A DNA stretch of 62,895 nucleotides, the filler included, from Octopus bimaculoides (taxonomy: Eukaryota): the NCBI RefSeq assembly GCF_001194135.2. It is 5 parts of 5 records of this genome, joined end to end, with 100 filler letters (N's around TTAATTAATTAA, not from the genome) between each part and the next. Parts side by side here need not be neighbours in the genome. Positions count along the whole stretch, not along the records: positions 23,921 to 44,977 come from NC_068996.1; positions 45,078 to 53,391 come from NC_068982.1; 3 more parts are not named here. One strand, written 5' to 3'. The stretch's first letter is position 1. Every line of letters begins with the position of its first letter. The position numbers were made by a program, and so were the translations under genes. Under the pieces are notes generated by a model. That model was not told the origin of the DNA and did not search any database. It saw only the letters and a list, made by a program, of their open reading frames with translations. Below, one piece after another: positions 40,131 to 52,402 of this stretch.

Positions 40131-41528
40131 AATATTAATAAAAAAAATAAAATTAAAATATATTACTGATTTTAGGTGCAAAAATATGGTCATGGAGGGT
40201 TACATATTCAAGATGACATTGTACAGGAAGGCATGCAGTAATCCTGTGGCTTAACACTACTATCTAGTGTTCAGTGCTTTTAGCCAAATCTACCATGTTG
40301 TGTGCATCTAGACGAGGTCTCTAGTCGGAACATGATTTTCTTTTAAACTCCCAAATGTAAATTTATATTCATAATGTTTCTTCATAATTACTGAATTGGT
40401 CCTAAGTAATCTCTAATTTTGTCTAACATGCAATTAAAACCTCCAAATTACAACAACATTTGTGCCTTACTACCATGATGATATCTCTGAATTGTCTCAC
40501 ATTCATGACTAAAACTAGATTCAAATCACTAGACTTTCCATTGAATGCCAGAAAATATTTTAGCTTCAAACAACTTTTGACAATATGAAATTCTAATAAT
40601 ACCCTTAACTGAGTACTGACCCTATATCTGTGACGCTCTTGCTGCTGCCCATGCATGCAAACACACCCTAGACTGTATCTGGAAGGCTATCCAAATGATT
40701 TACAAACATTTGCTCACCAATCTCTGAACAACAGATACATTGTATCCACTCTTGGTCTCTTCTACTCCCATTATAATAGTCTCAGAAGTTTCCAGTAAGC
40801 TAGTTACTACAACCAACACTCACAGCCACCCAACACACCTCTTCTCCTCCCATCACCCACAATGTGTCTGGTTTCACCTCTCACCCAGGTCTCACACATG
40901 CACCATACCTAATCCTTCCTCTCCATACCATCAACCCCCTAGGGTTACTTCCAGCCTTTTCTTTTTTGCCTTGAAGGTCAACTTTCAAGAAAAACATTCA
41001 AGAGGGGTACAAGCTACATCAAGTCTCGGGTGTCCAGCAAAGATATAGTCACATTCTATCATCTTAGTTAAGCTATAACATTTGTAATGCCAATCCAGTT
41101 CTTGATTAAAGCCATTTCTTGTTCTTTTCTTACACTGCCAGTGCTAATTATCATTATTTCAATGTTCATTTTTCTGTGCTTGCATCAGTCAAACAGAATC
41201 TGCTGATGTAAATTTTCTCTGGCCAGATGTCTTTCCTGTCACCAACCCATACCTGTTTCCAGACAAATTAATAATCCTCTAATCTCCTGAACAATGAACA
41301 GCCCTATCACAGCTATGCACCAAACTGGAAATAACACATTGTTGTTTGAATCAGTATTTTGTATACAAACGTTGCACAAAATGCCAAGCACAAGCATGTT
41401 TTTGCAGTGGACTGCAAGCAAAAGACACTGACCGTATTGACAACAAAGCTTTTGTTTGCAGTTAGCAAACACACACAAAGATAAAGGAAAATATAAACTC
41501 ATTCACACAAATACACACACACACACAG

Positions 41529-41571
<43 letters not shown>

Positions 41572-42614
41572 ATATACTTCTTTAGTTTCAGTCTATAAGT
41601 TATCTCTTGCAAGGTATTAGTTAATCCATGGCTTCAGTACAGAACACCAGCTAACAAGAATCATGCAATAGGATCAAACCCCTAACCACATAGCCCCACA
41701 GCCAACTCCTTTGCCACACAGACGTACCTAGAAATATGAATGAACAGCAACTCACAAGATCTTTCATCCTATAGAAATCTGGACCCTTATTTATAACTAA
41801 TTGCAAAGAATATAATGTACATAACACCTCATTACGGAAACAGAGATTCTTTGATTTATCCTACTCTTATGTGAAAGGATTCCATTCTAACACTCTGAAT
41901 GGGACCCCACTCCCACCGCATCAGTTTTACTTTTTTTATACAATGCTAAATTTTTCCTTTCCTCTTCTTACATACTCCATATCCAAGAAAGAGTGAGTGT
42001 GCATGCATGTGGGAAGGGAATTGGCCAGTACTTTGTCCATGGTATAAAACTGTCAGTGCAAGCAGTGCAATTCATTCCCAATCATCCATGTAAACATATC
42101 TGGCCATGCAGGAGTATTATCATGTTAGTGACAGAAAGGGCATCTAACTATAGAAAATTTGTGTCAGTGAATTCCATCTGAGCCATGCAAGCACAGAAAA
42201 ACAAACTTTAAAACAATGATGATGAGGATGAACACTAAATAGCAGAAATCAATATAAGCAAATTAATTACATATAACTAATGCAACAGAAATAGTAGGGT
42301 CATACAGCAAATCATTTCTATGAGTTCCTCAAAAAATGCTTTTGGGTTCAATCCTTTGTACCTTGGGCAAGTGTTTTCAACCACAATCTTGGTTAAATGA
42401 AAGTTATGGGAGTGAAATGTAGGAGTGAAATGTAGGAGTGAAATGTAGAGCAAAAAAAGATGTCAGAGAAGTTCAAAGATATATTTTATTGGCAGCAAAT
42501 GGTTGAAATCCTCATACAAAGAGCAAATGCAAATGGTTTCTCCCATTACACAAATAGACAGATGTGTTACAAGTGTGACACAGCATGGTGGTGGTAGTCA
42601 TGCTGGCACAAGGC

Positions 42615-42925
42615 TAAGTGATTAGGATATTCTGATCATAATCATAAGGTCATGAGCTCCATTCCCAGTGGTGCATTGTGTCCTTGAGTAAGATACTTTA
42701 TTTCATATTGCTCCAGTCCACTCAGCTGGAAAAAATGAGTTGTGTCAGTGGTTCAAAGGACCAGCCTTGTCACATTCTGCATTATGCTGAATCTCCCAGA
42801 GAACTATGTTAAGGGTACACATGTCAGTCGAGTGCTCAACAACTTGTACATTAATTTTATGTGTAGGCTGTTCCGCCGATCGAATCAATTGGAACACTTG
42901 TCATCATAACCGATGGAATGGTAAG
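42615..42925 (+). mobile_element. SINE family C-related copy, CpG-decayed
   Basis: Colinear with the 1744 head and the 54421/57422 body (ccagccttgtcaca...gagaactatgttaagggtacac...). Confidence 0.7.
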
Positions 42926-44049
42926 TGGTGGTGGTGAAATATGGGTGTTGAACGAATCTGGATGATTTGTGGGTGGACACAGGATAAAAATGAGCTGTTA
43001 GGAAGAGGCTATGATGAGCATTAATGTAACAGTTTATATATGTAAGAAAAGTAGTTGCACAGCTATAAACATGAAATGAAATGCTAGGTAAAAAAGATAA
43101 AAGAAAAAAAAACAGCTGTGTACCTCAGTGGGAGGTACACTCAGGTGTCAGTAGAAGAAGAAAAAGAGAAAAGAAAAACATTAAAGAGAACATGGGAAGA
43201 AGTGGTGAGGTAAGATCTCACGGATGTTTGGGTGTCACAAACAAGTTGACACAGAATTGAGTGAAGTGACAGCATGTTGTATGGTAGATCTGTCCAACCA
43301 TGTCAACATGGAAAACAGACATTAAAAATTACAATAACAACGATGATAATAATGATGATGATGACAAACATTTTTTACAAATATATGGATTTCCAGGAGA
43401 TTTTGTTTTATTCATTTAAAAATTAAAAAAAAAAGTTCTTTCTACATTAAAACATTCAACCTATTCTGAATATTCAATCTTTAGTGTTTCTTTCTTTCTT
43501 TTTTTTTTTTCTTTTTTGCTGAGAGGCAAAAATATGCATACCTTATGCAGAATTTGAACTGATGACTAACACTTGAAGAATGTCACTATTAACCTACTCT
43601 GTCTCTCATTTCAACAACAAACAAGTTAGGTTACTAGTAATATACTAATATCAAAACATTTAATCTTTAACATTTCACTATATCAACAACAATTGGTCCA
43701 ACATTTTGAGCTTTTTTAAAAAATATTTTTCCTTTTATTTATTATTCATGTTATCTCTCTTTTAGATCACTGATACCCTTGCAAAATACATAAGGTTACA
43801 ATTTTCAATTCCACCTCACCCTTCTTGAAACATAAAGGGCTTTGAACATCCTTTATCTTTAATCTCTTACTTGTTTCAGTCAATGGACTGAGGTCATACT
43901 GAGGAACTGCCTTATAGGGTTTTAGTTAAATGAATCAATCCTAGTATTTCTTTTTTAAGTTTGATATTTATTCCGTCTCTTTTGCTGAACATTACAGGAA
44001 TGTAAACAAACCAATACTGATTGTCAAATAGTGGGGGTAACACACACAC

Positions 44050-44215
44050 AATGGGTTTCCCTGCAGTTTTCATCTACCAAATTCACTCACAAGGCACTGT
44101 CAGCCCAGACTCTAGTAAAAGGCACTTGCCCAAGGTGCTGCACAATAGAACTGAACCTGAAACCATGTGGTTGCAAAACAAGTTTCTTAGCCACACAGCT
44201 ATAACTGTGCATAGA
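44050..44215 (-). mobile_element. SINE family A head, decayed
   Basis: Reverse-complement match to family A. Confidence 0.75.
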
Positions 44216-44619
44216 AAGCAATTTTTTTTTTTTAACATAAGCGCAAAACTTCAGTTTTATTTTAAAGCAATATCCATGCCGGTGCTACATACAAAGCACC
44301 CAGTACACTCTGTGAAGTGGTTGGCTGTAGAAACCAAGCCAAAATAGACTATTGGAGCCTAAGCAGCTCTCCTGCTGGCCAATTCTGGTCAAACTTCCCA
44401 ACCTATGCTAGTATAGAAAACAGATGTTTGACGATGATGAATTTCAAATCGCTCTAAGACAGGGAATGCTTTGCCTATATTCTAATCGGAAACCACTCAC
44501 TGACAATGTCTCTCAAAACTAATACCGAGAGAATGATTTAAGCTTTAAGACCTAACCAACAATTTAATAGAAGTTGCATATTTATGAACAGAAAAAAAAT
44601 TAAAGGTTCATTATTTTTA

Positions 44620-44977
44620 TCAGCAGTGATGAGGGTCATAGCCCAACTAATTAGGGAGCGAATCAATTTAGATGAGATGCAGTTTGGGTTCGTGCCAGGT
44701 AAAAGCACTACTGATGCCTTATTTCTAGTGAGACAGTTGCAGGAGAAATACCTAGCCAAGGATAAACCTCTGTACCTGGCTTTCGTTGACATGGAGAAAG
44801 CCTTTGACAGGGTCCCCCGATCCCTTATCTGGTGGTCAATGAGGAAACTTGGGATAGAAGAATGGTTAGTGAGAGCTGTGCGAGCCATGTACAGAGATGC
44901 TGCCAGTAAGGTGAGGGTTGGAAATGAGTACAGCAATGAACTCCGGGTAGAGGTAGGGGTCCACCAAGGTTCCGTCC
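44620..44977 (+). mobile_element. Young RTE LINE RT fragment, cut by gap
   Basis: Open frame LDEMQFGFVPGKSTTDALFLVRQLQEKY...AFVDMEKAFDRVP...VGVHQGSV; same family as 34510-37075 but less mutated. Confidence 0.9.
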
Positions 44978-45077
44978 NNNNNNNNNNNNNNNNNNNNNNN
45001 NNNNNNNNNNNNNNNNNNNNNTTAATTAATTAANNNNNNNNNNNNNNNNNNNNNNNNNNNNNNNNNNNNNNNNNNNN
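44978..45077. other. 100-bp scaffold gap with TTAATTAATTAA spacer
   Basis: Seen directly; separates the chitinase block from the CpG-depleted block. Confidence 0.95.
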
Positions 45078-46648
45078 TGGACTTGATACCTGTCAAAAGC
45101 TGAATATTGTGTCAATCAACGGTGAAGTGAAGGCAGCTCCAAGCAGGATTGACAGAGATATGCCTATCAAGAACCGACCATCAATCACAAATAAAGAAGA
45201 ACTGATAAGCATGTACCCAGAATGCTTTGACGACACTGTCGGGTGCTTTGAGAAATGTCGATACCACATAACAGTCGACCCCAATGCCGAACCAATTGTC
45301 CACCCACCTCGCCGAGTTCCACTAGAACTAAAAGAGAAGCTGAAGGCAGAGTTGGACAGAATGGAAAAAAAAAAAGAAATAATCACCAAAGTCAAACGGC
45401 CAACTGACTGGGTGAACTCTATCGTAATCAAAGAAAACCCAATGGTACCCTACGAATATGCCTCGACCCAAGAGATCTGAACAAGGCATTAAAACGAGAG
45501 TATTACCCAATTCCAACCCTTGAAGAAATTCCACCATCATTAGCTGGATCCAAGATATTTAGCAAACTGGATGCCAGTAATGGGTACTGGAATGTGAAAA
45601 TAGACAAAGAATCATCGATGCTAACTACTTTCAACACACCCTTTGGCAGATACCGATTCAACCGACTCCCATTTGGATTGAAAGTGAGCTAAGATGTTTT
45701 CCAGCACCAAATAGATGAGACCTACCAAGGCTGCAAGGGAGCAATTGGGATAGCAGACGATATCCAAGTGCATGGCACGAATGAGATCACACATGACTTC
45801 AATTTACATGAAGCTATGGAGAAAACCCGACAAGCAGGTATCAAACTCAATGCAGACAAGTGTGTGATCAAAGCAAAAGAATGTAAATTCTTTGGAATGA
45901 TACACTCTGCAGAGGGAGTAAAACCAGACCCCGCTAAAGTGGAAGCCATCAGAGATATCAAAGAACCCAAAGATAAGAAGGAACTCAGGAGCTTCCTGGG
46001 ACTCATCCAGTACATGGGAGCCTTCATACCCAAGCTGGCCGATCACACTGCAAATCTCCGAGAACTAAACAAAGATGACGTAGAGTTTGATTGGTTTGCT
46101 TCACACACACAGGATTTCAACGCAGTCAAAAAGCTCATCAGTAAGGAGACAACTCTGCAGTCCTATGATAGACGCAAACCAGTAACGCTCCAAGTTGATG
46201 CTTCTATGAGAGGAGTTGGCGCAGCATTGATGCAAGAAGGTAAACCTATTGCATTTGCCTCGAAAGCTCTCTCACCCACAGAGACAAGGTATGCAAACAT
46301 TGAAAGGGAACTCCGGGAAGTAGTATATGGCTGTGAAAAGTTTCATACATACCTGTATGGCAGACATTACAATACTGAATCAGACCATCGCCTGCTCGAA
46401 CAAATATACAGAAAAAAACCTCACAAAAGCACCAGCCAGACTACAAAGGCTACTGTTGAGGCTCCAAAAATACGACTACAATATCAGGTACAAGCCAGGA
46501 AAGGACCTGATATTGGCAGATGCTCTTTCCAGACTATCCTCACATGATAAACAGGAGATGGAAGGACTAAGTGTAAAGGTCCACCACATTGTAAATGTAA
46601 CAAACACAAAGCTGGAACAAATCAGAGAGGAGACCAGCAAAGATGAAC
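45078..46648 (+). mobile_element. Ty3/Gypsy LTR-retrotransposon pol fragment (RT and RNase H), frameshifted
   Basis: PRRVPLELKEKLKAEL, FSKLDASNGYW, GIADDI, LQVDASMRGVGAAL, YANIERE, YKPGKDLILADALSR; several frameshifts and an in-frame stop; no LTR visible. Confidence 0.93.
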
Positions 46649-46864
46649 CTAGAACCATGTGATTTGGGAAGCAAGCTTCTTGCCACACAGCCACTCCTGC
46701 GTCTATATGTGTGTGTGTGTGTGTGTACGCACAGTTAATATGTATACACAAACACATGTAAAATGTCCATTTGTAAAAAAAAGACAAAAGAAAAGAATTT
46801 GAGGTTCACGAATTGTGAAGTTTATAAATGCAAACAGATACACACACGTATAGGTTCAGCTTAC

Positions 46865-46965
46865 CTTGCAATTCGTTGTACATCATAACCAACATCAATA
46901 ATTTGTTTACCTGCGGCTACAGCAATAGTTAACAGGTATCTGCGTGTTAATCTTCGCCTGAGCAG
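46865..46965 (-). CDS. GH18 chitinase exon (LLRRRLTRRYLLTIAVAAGKQIIDVGYDVQRIA)
   Basis: gcaatag| acceptor and AG|GTAAGC donor; phase 0 continues ...FVLLLQ; matches the GH18 LLTAAVAAGK...GYD segment. Not in the ORF track. Confidence 0.88.
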
Positions 46966-47040
46966 CTATTGCAAAATATATGCAAGGTGCAAATGTTTAT
47001 AAATTCATGTGACCAAAGATTTTGACTAACCAGAGAAGTG

Positions 47041-47110
<70 letters not shown>

Positions 47111-47390
47111 NNNNNNNNNNGGAGACAGACACACAGACATGAGGAGACACACACACACAATCAATTCTCTTTTAACGTTTTCTCAAATGTTCTACAATTT
47201 AATCTCTAGTACCCTATAAAAAAAACAGTTTTTGCGGTTTTGCTGATCGCAGACCGTTGACTGTCTCACGCGCTTCCACTCTTGCCATGGTGATGGTTCT
47301 GGTCATTTGGGAAGACAACTCCTGGTTCTCAGAAAGACTCATTCTGAAAATTCACTCAGTGTCTCAAAACTAACTTCAATAGACGTGTAG

Positions 47391-47598
47391 TGGCGCGAAA
47401 TTATAGCCGCCATTACGGAAGTACTATCTGCACATGCGCAATGGACTTGCCTTTCCAGAAGCCCCTTGAGTGTGCATGCGTAGTAAAACTAGTACTTAAA
47501 GAGTTTGTTTCACTTTGTAAGTCTCTTCAGCACGATACCTTCGACGTGACAACACCTTGCTCCTCAACGAAGCACTTTTCACCACGATGCTATCGATA
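47391..47598. promoter_or_regulatory. Housekeeping-type promoter motif cluster
   Basis: TGGCGCGAAA (E2F, 47391-47400), GCCGCCATT (YY1, 47406-47414), CGGAAGT (ETS, 47416-47422), TGCACATGCGCA (NRF1-like, 47429-47440), TATCGATA (DRE, 47591-47598); CpG-retaining unique sequence. Confidence 0.6.
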
Positions 47599-48275
47599 TG
47601 ATGGCTATTTGCTCCTCTGGCATGCATCAAGGAAGCTCTTAACCTTCCAATTCCTTTTAGAACTTAATCAGCGGCTGCTAAGCTGAATGACACAGGATTT
47701 GTAAAACCAAGCATCATCAAAAAATAAAACTTATTTTTATTATGTTGTTAATTGTTCTACTGTTCCTTAATATATAATGCTGTTGAAAGGTGATAGAAAG
47801 AGACTAATGTCTCTATTGCAACAATCAGCCATTTTACATACGCGTCGCATTTTTGTCTCTCTTTCTCATTCGGCAGTTATTTATATTGTTCGTTGTAATT
47901 AGCTAACATCAAATCTGGCAATAATCGTATCAAGTTAAATGTTTATGAGCTTGCTTCCTTTATTCTACACGCATCTTTTTCCCAACAAAGAACCATACAT
48001 TCTCCGCGACCCAAACAAGCATCTACATTTATATAGACCTATAAAGATTCCCATTACAGTATATACAATTCATGCTAACATTCGTACGCTCTGCTGTTAG
48101 GTAAAAATTGCGGAATATACTTTTGCTCGACTTTAGTACGGCACCAATGATCTTAACAGAAATTTCAAAGTGAAATTACCTTAATTACCTTTTCCTATAC
48201 TATGATACATTCCATGCTAAAAAGTTTCATAAATGCTATAATAACAATTAGAAATTATGTAAAACAGTTGTGTAC

Positions 48276-48534
48276 CTGTAAAAGTAAAACAAAATTATAT
48301 TTGTCTTTTGGTGATCCGCCTCTGTATGCTACTGCGGGATATTCCCAGTCAATGTCTAAACCGTCTAAGCTGTAACGATTTAAAAACTTCGAAGCGCTGT
48401 TTAGAAACTCTTCTCTCGACCGTGCAGTGGAAGCCATTGAGCTAAATTTTCTGGCATTTGTACCCCAGCCTCCCACAGAGAGCAATATTTTTAGTTGTGG
48501 GTTGCGTTTCTTTAGACGAACTATTTCATTCAGC
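48276..48534 (-). CDS. GH18 chitinase catalytic exon
   Basis: ttttatatttgaag| ... CAG|GTACAC; LNEIVRLKKRNPQLKILLSVGGW...LDGLDIDWEYP...FVLLLQ with the intact DxxDxDxE motif; phase 2 to 0. Confidence 0.95.
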
Positions 48535-48744
48535 CTTCAAATATAAAAGTATTTAAAATTTGAAAGTGTAGTGTTGGTATATTTCAAATATCGGTTAAAG
48601 TTAACAATTCATAATATTTTAGTTACGCTTGAAATCTGTTAGGACATGAATAACTAAGATAAACCTGAAGTCTGCAGGCAATTATAATCAATAACTACAT
48701 ATCAGATACATTTGTAATTCACCTGGAAATAAAATCAATAACAA

Positions 48745-48905
48745 TAAATATACATTGGTTTCAAATGTTGGCATAAGACCAGCGATTCTTGGGAAGGAGC
48801 TAAGTCAATTATAGCGATCCCCAGTGCGCAACTGGTACTTATAACATCGACGCCGAAAGGGTGAAAGGCAAAGTGGACCTCGGTGGAGATTGAACTCAGA
48901 AGAAA
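48745..48905 (-). mobile_element. SINE family B copy in chitinase intron
   Basis: Reverse complement of the gaggtcgactttgcctttcatcctttcggggtcgat core. Confidence 0.7.
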
Positions 48906-49651
48906 TAGATAAAATAATGCCAGTGGGTTTGTGAAGTTTACTGAATGAACGAATCTATCAATAACTGGGTTTTTGCATAAGCAAAAGCAACAAAACGCAT
49001 ACATACAAACACACACACTCACACACATATACATGAACATATTTATGCAAACACACACACACACACACACACACTCATTATATAATAGCACATAACTAAA
49101 GGAAGTGACGTCAAGTAATCCGGGTGCTATGTTGCTGCCGAAAAGAAAGACTTGCAAAAGGGACCTGCAGCAGACTAGGCTGCAGTGTTGGAGTGTCTAT
49201 CAATGTCAAAAATCAAGCGAAGAAGCCTGTACCCGAGTGTTTTTAAAGGGAAGCAAGGCCTTTCATTAGGCAAATCCTGATCTCTAATCAACGCATTGCC
49301 TTTGCCCCCAAACAAGAAGAATTAGTCTACATAATCTCATACAAACGAAGTTGTAGGTGTTACATTAGAGCTTTCTTTCTCCAACAGTAATATCTAAACA
49401 AAGGCCACAGTTCTCTAACTCCCAGCTGCCGGATGGCCGTTGACTCTACTGGTTTCATCCACCCTTTAACAGATTACGTTTTTTGTCCTGCAGAGTGTCC
49501 AACGAAAATCATCCCCCCACCCCAACAAGCATTGGTAGGGTGGCCGGTTTAGTCGCTGTTGGCCCGACCAGGCAACAAGTTCGACTGGATTACATGTTAC
49601 CAGTAGTATCATACATACATACATACATACATACATACATACATACATACA

Positions 49652-50285
49652 AGGAATACTAGTGGAATGTACCAGTGAAGACCTCAGTAAAATGTAAGCA
49701 CAACAGACCTGATATAATGATTTGGGACAGAGAAGAGAAACTGTGCACAGTTGTGGAAATTATCTGCCCAGCGGATGTTAACATAAAGGTGAAGATCAGT
49801 GAAAAAGAGAACACCTATGCTGAACTATTGAGAAATCTGCAGTTACTCTGCCCAGATTACAAGTTCAGGTTTATACCTGTAATTAATGGGGCCCTGGGAT
49901 ATATAACATACTGCCTAAATAGTAATCTTGAGAAATTAGGCTTCTCAAAAGGAGAAAGGAGAAAGCTAATTCGAAGACTACAAATCCAATCTATCACTGG
50001 AACTGTAAAACTCTGTAAAACTTTCCAGAAGTTTATCATTTAAGTATATATGAGCATGTCTAGATATGTAACTATAGGCACGAGAATACATACATAAAAC
50101 ATACGAATCTGCACATTCATACATACATACATGCATACGTACATACATACATACATACATACAAACAAAAACAAAAATACCCTGTTGTTGATGTTGAAAT
50201 TCCAATGAAGGAGCCTTGGATCTAGGTTAGAAACCGGTTTTTTCTCTACTGGCAAGAAATCTTAAAATAAACTGAATAATGACAT
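49652..50285 (+). mobile_element. 5'-truncated RLE (R4/Dong-like) element with complete 3' end
   Basis: ORF 49675-50043 KHNRPDIMIWDREEKLCTVVEIICPADVNIKVKISEKENTY...IPVINGALG; flanked by (CATA)n on both sides. Confidence 0.92.
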
Positions 50286-50327
50286 ACATACATACATACA
50301 TACATACATACATACATACATACATGC

Positions 50328-50620
50328 ATGTATAACAGGCCGGATATTGTTGTTTGGGATAAACAAGTGAAAGTGTGTGCTGTCACAAAGATCAGCTGTC
50401 CTGTTGATGTGAATATCTCCTCAACAACCAAAGAGAAAAAAAGATATCTATGGACAATTGCTTTGAAACCTCCAGTTTCTATCTCCAGATTATGGATAAT
50501 GACCAAGTGACAATCTGCATAAGCTTTGATTTGCAGTAAAAGAAATCAACCAACTGACTCTTGCACATTAAAAATACAACCTGTAAAGGGAACAGTAAAA
50601 CTCTGCAATACTCAAGTTTA
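50328..50620 (+). mobile_element. Second, more decayed RLE copy in tandem
   Basis: YNRPDIVVWDKQVKVCAVTKISCP directly after the (CATA)n that ends the previous copy. Confidence 0.75.
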
Positions 50621-50732
50621 AAATGCGACTTTGCTTTTGTTATCTCCATTCCAGCGATGGAGTTTTGTATCTTTCTTAGAAATCAGATCCTTCCTCTGAG
50701 GAAGAATTAAAATAATTATAAACAGAAGAGAA

Positions 50733-50790
<58 letters not shown>

Positions 50791-50967
50791 AGAAATGGAT
50801 AATAAGGAGGTATGGAGATGTTGGTGTATTCAGCTGTAATGGAAAATGAGAAAGGGTTGACGGTAGGTGAATTAATCATGAAAGCCTGATAATGCATGTT
50901 CAATATAACATGGACAATGTAACAAACACGGGGCAAGTAACAAGAGTTTGGCGAAAGTTTTACTTAC

Positions 50968-51139
50968 ATTGCAACGTCATTCCACTCTGTCGTTTTCACT
51001 TGGTTCCCATTTAATGTGGCAAAAGCAAATAGAATATGGGTGCATAAGCTTGGATCGATATTATTTGGAATAAATTTTCCTGAACCTCTTCGATACTGTG
51101 ACCAGTTGGTGTAATAGCAGAACAACAACTGCGAAAGAA
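50968..51139 (-). CDS. GH18 chitinase N-terminal exon
   Basis: LSQLLFCYYTNWSQYRRGSGKFIPNNIDPSLCTHILFAFA...EWNDVA; acceptor ttttttcctactcag, donor AT|GTAAGT. AT+G joins in frame to the 48534 exon. An alternative acceptor would start the exon at 51128. Confidence 0.95.
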
Positions 51140-51902
51140 CTGAGTAGGAAAAAAAAAAAACTCTTTTACGGACCACAATTCTTAAACGGGAAGATTGCAA
51201 GGAGTTGAGTCAATAGTTGACTCGTATTTTGTCGCCTACATTTCGATGCGCCAAAACATTTACAAACCAACACCGAACTATAATTAGGTACAAATGTGGA
51301 GTACAACAATATACTCATCTTTCTGAATTGACGGGCACCACTTGTTTTCTTAACGAAACACTTTCAAACTTGGGACACTGGTAGAATGTGTCATATAAAA
51401 CATCTTTTTCTCTTAGCCTTCTTAACAAAAATTTCTACATTGCAAGTTATTTCATGTTAAATTTGTCGTATTTCTAGATCCCAATATACGACTGACTTGC
51501 ATTTCTTTGGTTTGCAATGTCGAGATTAATTATTCCTGAAATTAATGCTTGAAAAGGTTTCCACTTGCTTTTTAATATAAAAGATCTTGAGTAAGTTTTT
51601 GCGATTAGGAGAAACAACTGTATCTACATCAAGTGAATTCAGGGGATACAATGTGGATTCTATCTTTTACTTGTTTCAGTCATTTGTTACTGCGGCCATG
51701 CTGGGGCACCACATTGAAGAATTTTTAGTCGAACAAATCGACCTCAGTACTTTTTAAAGCCTAATACTTATTCTACTGGTTTCTTTTGTCGAACCGTTAA
51801 GTTATAGGAATGTAAACAAACCAGTATCGGTTGTCAAGCGATGTAGTGGGAGACAAACACAGACAAAAGTATATATAGATTATATACAGATATATACATA
51901 CG

Positions 51903-52055
51903 ACGGGCTTTTTTAAGTTTCCGTCTACGAAATACACTCACAAGGCTTTGGTTGGCGCGAGACTTTAGTAGAAGACATTTGACCAAGGTGCCACGCAATG
52001 AGACTGAACCTGTAACCATGGGGTTGGGAAGCAAACTTCTTACCACACAACCACC
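51903..52055 (-). mobile_element. SINE family A head
   Basis: Reverse-complement match to family A. Confidence 0.85.
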
Positions 52056-52170
52056 GCTTCTGGCTTTATAAAAATGCCTCATGTATTTTCTATTTATTCG
52101 CAGCTAAATAACTGCTTTGCTCAGACGCGACCGATGCTTGTAGCTGGTGGGGGTTCCCCATCTATGTTAC

Positions 52171-52264
52171 CCACAAGCATTATACACTTAAAGGCTGAAA
52201 AAAAAGACAGAAAGTAGTGTATAATGTTAGCCAAGAGAGTCAATACTTCGTTAATGCAGGTCAT
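52171..52264 (-). CDS. Candidate signal-peptide exon of the chitinase (MTCINEVLTLLANIIHYFLSFFSAFKCIMLV)
   Basis: Hydrophobic open frame ending in phase 1 at G|GTAACA, which would give ...MLV-VLS-QLLFCYY. The donor is mediocre and the true first exon may lie elsewhere. Confidence 0.25.
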
Positions 52265-52402
52265 ATTTGAGCTTTCCAGAAAGGTAGCGGTTAATCTGGA
52301 GTGAAGTATTTCCTGGAACAGGAAGTTCGTCAAAGAGCATCAGAGATTGTAAATCTAAGTAAATATATATATATGTATAACTGCGCATTCATATGTGTGT
52401 AT

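Noticed and set aside
43118-43140. Perfect 9-bp hairpin gtgtacctc-agtgg-gaggtacac
   Set aside because: Too short to distinguish from chance; no supporting context.
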